Virus record (IMG/VR): IMGVR_UViG_3300002461_000036 | Location: 1-41,744 of that record | Direction: 5' to 3' (one strand) | DNA length: 41,744 nt | DNA from: a virus | Shown here: positions 36,280 through 41,534 of the stretch, in pieces | Numbering within the stretch: the stretch's first letter is position 1 | Layout of the letters: each line of letters begins with the position of its first letter | Notes under the pieces: generated by a model | The model's database searches: none | What the model was told of the DNA's origin: nothing | What the model saw: the letters and a program-made list of their open reading frames with translations, nothing else | Position numbers and translations under genes: made by a program

Positions 36280-36868
36280 TGCTGGTCTCCATTGTCAGGT
36301 TAAGGGCAGCCGGTGCAGGTGCAACGACATAGGGTGCCTCGCCGCGCATGCCGCTGCTGGCCATGAGCGCCTCGGGTACAGCGGGCGCCGCTGGCTTGAC
36401 GCGGCCCGCCAGCCCTTCCAGTTCGGCCAGGGCAGCGGGATCAGACACTTGACCGGCTTTCTTGGCGCGGCCCAGCAGGCTCTGCAAGGCGGCATACAGG
36501 TCGAAGCACTGGTCAGGTGCCTTGTCGGGCTTGAAGTCGAACCAAGGGCGCTGCTCGGCACCCTCAAGGAACGTCTGCCGGGCACGGTCGAAGTTGAACG
36601 GCGCTTCCTTCTTGTTTGGGCCAGTGTTGGCGACTACCTTGGCGTGCATCAGCAGCCACTCGCTGAGCGCACTGCGACGGCTGCCCTTGGGCATGCTGCG
36701 GTACAGGCGGTTGATCACGGTCACGTCACCGTGCAGCTCGACGTGGTGGATAGCAGACAGGCCGACGAATTGGATGTAGTCATCCAGGGCCTTGCCTTGC
36801 GTGGCGATGGTATCACAGGCATCGTTGAGCGCTTGCGCACCCTGTAACAGCTTGTCGAGAACGGTCAT
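36272..36868 (-). CDS. Hypothetical protein (198 aa)
   Basis: ATG 5 nt after GAGG. Normal amino-acid composition. Confidence 0.65.
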   Translation of the reverse strand: MTVLDKLLQGAQALNDACDTIATQGKALDDYIQFVGLSAIHHVELHGDVTVINRLYRSMPKGSRRSALSEWLLMHAKVVANTGPNKKEAPFNFDRARQTFLEGAEQRPWFDFKPDKAPDQCFDLYAALQSLLGRAKKAGQVSDPAALAELEGLAGRVKPAAPAVPEALMASSGMRGEAPYVVAPAPAALNLTMETSNA

Positions 36869-36870
36869 AG

Positions 36871-37062
36871 CTACCTCATGAGTTGGATGAATGTCACCGG
36901 CCCTGGCTTAGTGTGCTCAGGGCGTTTCTTGCGCGGTCGGGCGGCACGCTCTGCTTTGATTGTGGCCTCCCGTGCCAGGATACCCTGGCGTTCGGCCCGC
37001 GTTGTTGAGTACGTGCAAAGCTCCGTGCCTACCGCTGCCCGTCCGCCGTTACTGGTCCGCAC
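36871..37062 (-). CDS. Possible small basic protein (63 aa, GTG start)
   Basis: It is the only ORF filling the 180-nt gap. It has no SD and no ATG. Confidence 0.3.
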   Translation of the reverse strand: MRTSNGGRAAVGTELCTYSTTRAERQGILAREATIKAERAARPRKKRPEHTKPGPVTFIQLMR

Positions 37063-37315
37063 GGATGGACCAGCCCGGCTTATAGTGCCGGCCTGCCAAG
37101 CATGCGTTGAACCCGGCGTCGATCAGGTCGGCCTCCAGCGCGGTGGCCTCATCGATCAGGTTCACCTTGCAGGCAAGCCCCACGATACCGTCAGCGGTGT
37201 GCTCGACCGGCGTGGTCAGTTGGTCGAAGCCTTGGAGGCCAAGGTCGGCCTCAACTTGGCTCAGTGGCTGTCCCGGCAGCCAGGCTACAACGGTAATGCT
37301 CTCATGCTTTTGCAT
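37049..37315 (-). CDS. Hypothetical protein (88 aa)
   Basis: Internal ATG at 37315, 7 nt after GAGG. Confidence 0.5.
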   Translation of the reverse strand: MQKHESITVVAWLPGQPLSQVEADLGLQGFDQLTTPVEHTADGIVGLACKVNLIDEATALEADLIDAGFNACLAGRHYKPGWSIRADQ

Positions 37316-37838
37316 AGTACACCTCAGCTTCTTGTGCGACGAATGCCGCTTGGTCGGTAGGAAACTCGCCATGCTTGTCGAAGTATTCCGACTGGCCTTG
37401 CGTGTCCGCCATGTAAACAGCCCAGCACCAGCGCTTCTCATCGTCGGTCAGGGCGTGGAATTGCGGCACGGTGGCGAGCCACTGCCACACCAACGGGTGC
37501 AGCTTGGTCTCACCGGCGCTATCAAATTCACAGTTGTACAGCAGGTGGCCCATGTCGTGAATGAAGCGGAACCACGCATTGTCTGCTGGCAGCTCATAGA
37601 CGGTATGGTCGCTAAAGTCGCTCGACACCCGTAGGATGCCGGTGTCCTTAACCTTGCGGCGCACCTGCTCAAGCTCGCCCACTGCACCTGTAATCTGGTA
37701 TGGCTGACCCGGCGTCACCCGTGGGCAGCTATGGTTGAGCGGCAGGCCGACATGACACAGCGCTTCCGTCAACGGATACGCGGCACAGCGGTACAGTATC
37801 GACAGGTGGTACGCGGCCTTGCTGATTTCTTGGCGCAT
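37302..37838 (-). CDS. Hypothetical protein (178 aa) with an 'HDMGH' (HExxH-like) motif
   Basis: ATG at 37838. 'FRFIHDMGHLLY' resembles the ImmA/IrrE-type 'HELGH' zinc-peptidase helix, with Asp in place of Glu. Confidence 0.6.
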   Translation of the reverse strand: MRQEISKAAYHLSILYRCAAYPLTEALCHVGLPLNHSCPRVTPGQPYQITGAVGELEQVRRKVKDTGILRVSSDFSDHTVYELPADNAWFRFIHDMGHLLYNCEFDSAGETKLHPLVWQWLATVPQFHALTDDEKRWCWAVYMADTQGQSEYFDKHGEFPTDQAAFVAQEAEVYYAKA

Positions 37839-37855
37839 GATAGAACTCACTCGGT

Positions 37856-38134
37856 TTACACGAAAGTTATGCGGGAGTGCGGGCCGTCGGCCTGCCCTTG
37901 TTCAACTACGGGGTCACAATGGCGCAGCATAACAGACACCCGCTGCCATTGCGTGTTCAATGCGTGGCCGTGCCAGCATAGCACGAGGATCATACGGGCA
38001 ACCATCCATCGCGGTAGCCTATGAGGAGGATACACGCCAACATGAAGACATAAGCGGCTATGCGGTCGGTCAGTTCCACGATGCACCCACCTTACGCAGC
38101 TCACTGCGCTGGGTCTGGCGGTCGCGCTGCTCAA
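37856..38134 (-). CDS. Questionable ORF (92 aa)
   Basis: No SD. Overlaps the 46-aa ORF. Odd amino-acid composition. Confidence 0.25.
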   Translation of the reverse strand: MSSATARPSAVSCVRWVHRGTDRPHSRLCLHVGVYPPHRLPRWMVARMILVLCWHGHALNTQWQRVSVMLRHCDPVVEQGQADGPHSRITFV

Positions 38135-38210
38135 GGCGGCGCTGTTGCTTGATCAGATCACCCTCACTACGAAGGCGGACGGGTTTCTTGAGTGGTTCGA
38201 CGTTGCGCAT
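38070..38210 (-). CDS. Hypothetical small basic protein (46 aa)
   Basis: ATG at 38210, 5 nt after GAGGAA. Confidence 0.45.
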   Translation of the reverse strand: MRNVEPLKKPVRLRSEGDLIKQQRRLEQRDRQTQRSELRKVGASWN

Positions 38211-38223
38211 GCTATTTCCTCGG

Positions 38224-38475
38224 TTAGGAATGCACACAGTAAAGCGCAGATTCCAGACTCGACTTATACAGCGTACGGAATGGTCTGCGCTTTCTTTGTA
38301 CACTCGGCAGGCGGCGTGGTCTACCGGGGTCGGGCTTACCTGCTAAGGGCCGTTCAACCTTACCGCCTGCGTCGTACCGGCGTTGCCGGTCTATTTGTGC
38401 AGGCACTATGCGACGTAGTGCGCGGCCTGTTGTCCCGATTGTGTTACCGGCCCTCATGTCCGGCGCGCTTATCAT
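38224..38475 (-). CDS. Questionable Arg-rich ORF (83 aa)
   Basis: No SD. GC3 is only about half by hand count. It lies in an otherwise ORF-poor 330-nt gap. Confidence 0.25.
   Translation of the reverse strand: MISAPDMRAGNTIGTTGRALRRIVPAQIDRQRRYDAGGKVERPLAGKPDPGRPRRLPSVQRKRRPFRTLYKSSLESALYCVHS
38244..38290 (-). other. Stem-loop in the early transcript upstream of the 46-aa ORF
   Basis: GCGCAGA(CCA)UUCC-N22-GGAAUCUGCGC followed by UUUACUGU. It could be a processing, stability or attenuation element. Confidence 0.35.
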
Positions 38476-38539
38476 CTAACGCAGTGGCGGTACTCACTAC
38501 CGCACGATCAATCGCCATTGCTTCCACTTGTATTGCATG

Positions 38540-38647
38540 CTACAGACTCCGGCCCAGTCGATAAAGAGCGTAAGCGGCGGTCAACTGTACCATCGCCCAG
38601 CCAACGGCGCATACCATGTCCACCACCAGATAGAACACTTCCAGCAT
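38540..38647 (-). CDS. Small hydrophobic (membrane) peptide, 35 aa, below the ORF-track cut-off
   Basis: ATG 4 nt after a perfect GGAGG. Sequence: MLEVFYLVVDMVCAVGWAMVQLTAAYALYRLGRSL. Confidence 0.45.
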   Translation of the reverse strand: MLEVFYLVVDMVCAVGWAMVQLTAAYALYRLGRSL

Positions 38648-38655
38648 GTAGCCTC

Positions 38656-38844
38656 CTAGAACCGATGCACTCGGCCCAGCTTAGATGCGAGCCTACGAAT
38701 AGCGGCCACCTTGAAGGCCTGCTCACCGTGAGGCAGTGAAGGCTTGCGCATGAATCGGTGCGCAGCCATGCTCAGCCGACTGCGCAGCCCGCCCGGCTCG
38801 TACAGGTCGGCCATAAGGGCGCTAAATTGCATGCTTGCATTCAT
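38656..38844 (-). CDS. Hypothetical protein (62 aa)
   Basis: Overlaps the stop of the upstream gene. Weak SD. Confidence 0.4.
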   Translation of the reverse strand: MNASMQFSALMADLYEPGGLRSRLSMAAHRFMRKPSLPHGEQAFKVAAIRRLASKLGRVHRF

Positions 38845-39097
38845 CGTTTACACCATACGCGCTTTCAATGTCACCGTTGCACTCACAGCACTGCAAGGGT
38901 GCGCCCTCCCAGTGAGTATCGACACCAGCCGCAGCCCAGCTCCCGGCGTGGCGGGTATCCGCGCTGATCAGCTTGTACTCTTTCCGAGCGCAGGCGGCGC
39001 ACATAGTCTCACCGTCTCGCATGATGAGAACTTGCGGGTAGCCATGCGGCATAGGCTGGCGGATAAACTGGCGGACTTGTTGCATGATGGCATTCAT
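38822..39097 (-). CDS. Hypothetical zinc-ribbon-like protein (91 aa)
   Basis: ATGA coupling. Cys pairs 'CAAC' and 'CCEC'. Confidence 0.55.
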   Translation of the reverse strand: MNAIMQQVRQFIRQPMPHGYPQVLIMRDGETMCAACARKEYKLISADTRHAGSWAAAGVDTHWEGAPLQCCECNGDIESAYGVNDECKHAI

Positions 39098-39378
39098 CGG
39101 GTACACCCTGCTGCGTTGAGTTTGCTTTGCACACGGCGGGCATCGCACTTGCCGCGCACCTTGATCTTGCCGTGCCCCTTCTGACCAAGGAAGAACTCAC
39201 CCAGCGCGCCCTGGCGCTTAGGGATCACCTGATCATTCATCGCCCGGCGCTGCTTACGTGCGTCGGGATTGTTCGCAGCCAACAACGCGGCAATCTTGTT
39301 GTCGCGCTTGTCGATCCTACTGTACCGCTGGCGCTGGGCCAGGAATTCAGCGTGAGTGCAGGGCTTTGCAGCTTGCAT
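39094..39378 (-). CDS. Hypothetical basic protein (94 aa)
   Basis: ATG at 39378. The TTG-start extension to 39480 would begin inside a predicted RNA stem-loop. Confidence 0.5.
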   Translation of the reverse strand: MQAAKPCTHAEFLAQRQRYSRIDKRDNKIAALLAANNPDARKQRRAMNDQVIPKRQGALGEFFLGQKGHGKIKVRGKCDARRVQSKLNAAGCTR

Positions 39379-39399
39379 GGTATCACCATTGATTGCGTG

Positions 39400-39503
39400 G
39401 ATAGCTTGCTTGAAGCGCCTAGAGGGACGTGATGGCCGCTGTAGGTGGTGCCCGTTGTCTAGCCCAGCATTGGGCGTCAACTAAGCGCTTCAAGGAAGCT
39501 ATC
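39400..39503 (-). other. Long-range RNA stem (19 nt, 18 paired) in the early leader; RNase III-type processing-site candidate
   Basis: 39485..39503 (RNA GAUAGCUUCCUUGAAGCGC) pairs with 39400..39418 (GCGCUUCAAGCAAGCUAUC). It ends 22 nt upstream of the ATG at 39378. Confidence 0.5.
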
Positions 39504-39768
39504 GGCAGGCGGGTACGCTACTGGCGTCAACCCGGACTGCTTTCGCATTCCTACCATGATCCCACTGCACTACCGTGGACGGATGGCCCGCTCGACTCTA
39601 TTCTTGTATGGCGCAGAGTCTCAGCGCGCCAGCCCTTTCTTGCAACCATCAGGGCATTTGTATCGTCCAGCTTTCTCAGACCCACCTGTCACAGCTTCGC
39701 TGGTACTCACCTTCTTATCCGATCATTGTCGGTACAGTTCGCATCCTGCTGGCCCGTTTGCCTTGTGC

Positions 39769-39796
39769 ATCCTACCGCTTGCGCAGCGGTTGTCAA
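39769..39796 (-). promoter_or_regulatory. Sigma70-type promoter Pg, with a palindrome in the spacer
   Basis: TTGACA-16 nt-TAGGAT. The spacer contains ACCGCTGCGCAAGCGGT (6-bp arms). Confidence 0.55.
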
Positions 39797-39841
39797 CCTT
39801 ACCCGTGACATCCGTTCGGGTTGACCGTGTTACTGTTGGGC

Positions 39842-39870
39842 ATCTTACCTCGACTTGCAGCCCGTGTCAA
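39842..39870 (-). promoter_or_regulatory. Sigma70-type promoter Pf
   Basis: TTGACA-17 nt-TAAGAT. Confidence 0.6.
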
Positions 39871-40021
39871 GCACATCGTGTTGGTTGGCTACTTGATCCT
39901 GAAAGCCTCGCCAGTGCTACCCTTATTACCTATCTTTCACCAGCGCTACCATAAGGTGGCTAATCGCTTACACTGGCTGAGCCTAGCATCCCGAGGGAGT
40001 TGCTGCTAGGGCTTGGCGACC

Positions 40022-40050
40022 ATGTTAGCGTCGCCTTTGTAGCTTGTCAA
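40022..40050 (-). promoter_or_regulatory. Sigma70-type promoter Pe
   Basis: TTGACA-17 nt-TAACAT. Confidence 0.6.
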
Positions 40051-40166
40051 GCGCTGTGAACTATTCGTTCGATTTGAGGTCCCATCTACAGGGTCACTCC
40101 AGCCCGCCAAGCATTCGCTATCGGGTTTGCCCTCGAACTACCTAACCAGCTAACTTGACGCCTTAC

Positions 40167-40194
40167 ATTCTACAGCTTTTCTCTAACTTGTCAA
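40167..40194 (-). promoter_or_regulatory. Sigma70-type promoter Pd
   Basis: TTGACA-16 nt-TAGAAT. Confidence 0.65.
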
Positions 40195-40209
40195 GACTGC
40201 TGTAGTGTA
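40194..40209. repeat. Right arm of a perfect 16-bp inverted repeat bracketing the first early ORF
   Basis: AGACTGCTGTAGTGTA is the reverse complement of 40423..40438. Confidence 0.95.
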
Positions 40210-40213
40210 GCGC

Positions 40214-40402
40214 CTATCGCAAGGCGCCGCTGCAAGTGTAACTGAGCAGTTGCGATGGGTGTACACTGTGGATACACTTACCATCACGCCACACGCTGAA
40301 TGCTACCGGGCTGTAGCGTACCTCTAGCTCACCGGATAGGCTAAGCAAGGGCGCGGTGCTGGTAAAGATCACAACGTGACTGCAATGTTTGACTATTTGC
40401 AT
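40214..40402 (-). CDS. First early protein (62 aa), hypothetical
   Basis: ATG 7 nt after GAGGAAG. Located downstream of promoters Pa-Pc. Confidence 0.55.
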   Translation of the reverse strand: MQIVKHCSHVVIFTSTAPLLSLSGELEVRYSPVAFSVWRDGKCIHSVHPSQLLSYTCSGALR

Positions 40403-40422
40403 GGTAGTGCTTCCTCAGTGGA

Positions 40423-40438
40423 TACACTACAGCAGTCT
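40423..40438. repeat. Left arm of the perfect 16-bp inverted repeat
   Basis: TACACTACAGCAGTCT lies 20 nt upstream of the ATG at 40402 in the transcript. Confidence 0.95.
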
Positions 40439-40476
40439 CGACTTGTTAAAGAGCGGTGCAGCCTGTTACGTCTCGC

Positions 40477-40504
40477 ATTATACAGCATCCGCTTGGCTTG
40501 TCAA
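40477..40504 (-). promoter_or_regulatory. Sigma70-type promoter Pc (full consensus)
   Basis: TTGACA-16 nt-TATAAT. Confidence 0.75.
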
Positions 40505-40616
40505 TCCCGATTAGCTCGCGCCGTACCGTTACCAACTGTGAGTGCAGGGCGTGTACCGTTGCCCACCTTACCCTGACCCCTAGTCAGGCTGCACCCACTT
40601 GCCTTGCTTGGTTGTC

Positions 40617-40645
40617 ACTCTAGCGATACCCGCCTAGCATGTCAA
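40617..40645 (-). promoter_or_regulatory. Sigma70-type promoter Pb
   Basis: TTGACA-17 nt-TAGAGT. Confidence 0.55.
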
Positions 40646-40688
40646 CCCTTACCGCTTACGCCTTGCATTACTGCCTGGCATGGTGCTC

Positions 40689-40717
40689 ATCTTATCGGTA
40701 TAGGCTTAGCACGTCAA
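40689..40717 (-). promoter_or_regulatory. Sigma70-type promoter Pa
   Basis: TTGACG-17 nt-TAAGAT. Confidence 0.55.
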
Positions 40718-40772
40718 GCGGTATCTGTAGGAATACCACCTAGGCTAGAGACCTAGTGCCGCGTGGCTTCCG

Positions 40773-40793
40773 ATAAAGTCACATAATATAGAG
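40773..40793 (+). promoter_or_regulatory. Phage-RNAP promoter-like site (phi5) on the opposite (+) strand, pointing toward the putative genome end
   Basis: The + strand reads ATAAAGTCACATAATATAGAG. Eighteen consecutive nt are identical to phi1, followed by GAGAGAGG. Confidence 0.55.
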
Positions 40794-40928
40794 AGAGGCG
40801 AGAGACAAGCGCAGCGCAGGCTATGGCTGAGCGACCCACGCCAGGGGCACCAGTAGGTAGCACTAGAGCAATACGCATAGCAGTACGCAGGATGCTCGCA
40901 GGATACGCAGTAGGCACAAGGTAAGGCA

Positions 40929-40996
40929 GCATAGGCAAAGGGTAAGGCATAGCGAAAGGGTAAGCCCACCACACCGACATAGGCAAAAGGGTATGC
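40929..40996. repeat. Iteron-like short repeats: two tandem 18-mers plus a third degenerate copy
   Basis: GCATAGGCAAAGGGTAAG (40929..40946), GCATAGCGAAAGGGTAAG (40947..40964) and CATAGGCAAAAGGGTATG (about 40979..40996). Confidence 0.7.
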
Positions 40997-41149
40997 CCCC
41001 ACCCTCGCACCCAGCACCACACAGCAGCCAACCTGAGCTAACCAATAGCAGCACCCCGGCACTACCTACCGATACGCAGTAGCCCACCCAGCATCCCGCC
41101 GTAGGCGGATCACTATAGCTACTGGCTCAGGCCGCACCGCACACAACAC

Positions 41150-41177
41150 TTGACACTAGGCTACGCTGCTGTACACT
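41150..41177 (+). promoter_or_regulatory. Sigma70-like promoter on the + strand (antisense orientation)
   Basis: TTGACA-16 nt-TACACT. No convincing downstream gene. Confidence 0.3.
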
Positions 41178-41384
41178 ACAGGCTACAACCAAGGGCAACG
41201 GCAGGTACACAACGCAGCATCCTAGGCGATGATAGCACGACGCTGCGAGAGGCAGGGGCCATGGGGGAAGGCCGGGTTGGATTGGGTCGGAGACCCTCGC
41301 GTACGAGTATAACGAATTTCAGTGCGTATGCCACTCCACATCTAGCCTCCGCATCCAACCACGTATCAGCCCACGAGCTACACG

Positions 41385-41477
41385 TCAACTCACGTCGAAT
41401 CTCCAGCACAACCACACAGCAACCACGACAGGCATCGCAACACAACCCAGGGCCATGCCCAGCATAAACGCAATCAT
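41385..41477 (-). CDS. Doubtful 30-aa hydrophobic ORF downstream of the final terminator
   Basis: ATG 4 nt after GGAGG (MIAFMLGMALGCVAMPVVVAVWLCWRFDVS). This strand is A-poor, so open frames arise by composition alone. Confidence 0.2.
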   Translation of the reverse strand: MIAFMLGMALGCVAMPVVVAVWLCWRFDVS

Positions 41478-41486
41478 GCTTCCTCC

Positions 41487-41525
41487 AGAAACGCAGAAAG
41501 GCCGAGCGCCCGAAGGCACCCGACC
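41487..41525 (-). terminator. Rho-independent terminator after the last late gene
   Basis: The minus-strand RNA reads GGUCGGGUGCC-UUCG-GGCGCUCGGCC followed by UUUCUGCGUUUCU. The stem is 11 bp including 3 G-U pairs, so it is strand-specific. Confidence 0.8.
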
Positions 41526-41534
41526 AAGGTGTAG

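Noticed and set aside
38508-38726. 72-aa minus ORF overlapping the 62-aa and 35-aa ORFs
   Set aside because: It has Gly/Ser/Arg-rich composition and no RBS. The 35-aa ORF with its perfect GGAGG explains the region better.
39379-39480. TTG-start extension of the 94-aa early ORF to 128 aa
   Set aside because: It has no SD, and the start would lie inside the loop of the 19-nt long-range stem. The ATG at 39378 is more plausible.
40061-40080. GTTCGATTT resembling a tRNA T-loop; general search for tRNA or ncRNA genes
   Set aside because: The flanks cannot form T- or acceptor stems. I saw no tRNA-like cloverleaf anywhere in the window, though no formal scan was run.
40929-40996. The tandem 18-mers interpreted as a CRISPR array
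   Set aside because: There are only two adjacent copies plus one degenerate copy, with no repeat-spacer periodicity and no cas genes. They fit iteron or terminal-repeat-region motifs better.
40745-41087. Three mutually overlapping minus-strand ORFs (105, 92 and 74 aa)
   Set aside because: The minus strand here is almost A-free, so stop codons cannot occur. All frames are open by composition. The products are Cys/Gly/Leu-rich nonsense with no RBS.
41111-41118. CACTATAG, identical to the T7 promoter core
   Set aside because: It is an isolated 8-mer, and this phage's own consensus is different (GTCACATAnnnTAG). It is probably coincidental.
41150-41467. + strand 105-aa ORF (or its 69-aa ATG-start version) downstream of the + strand promoters
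   Set aside because: The + strand is T-poor and therefore has few stops. The product is low-complexity Ser/Thr/Pro/Arg sequence. It may be transcribed, but there is no good evidence that it is translated.
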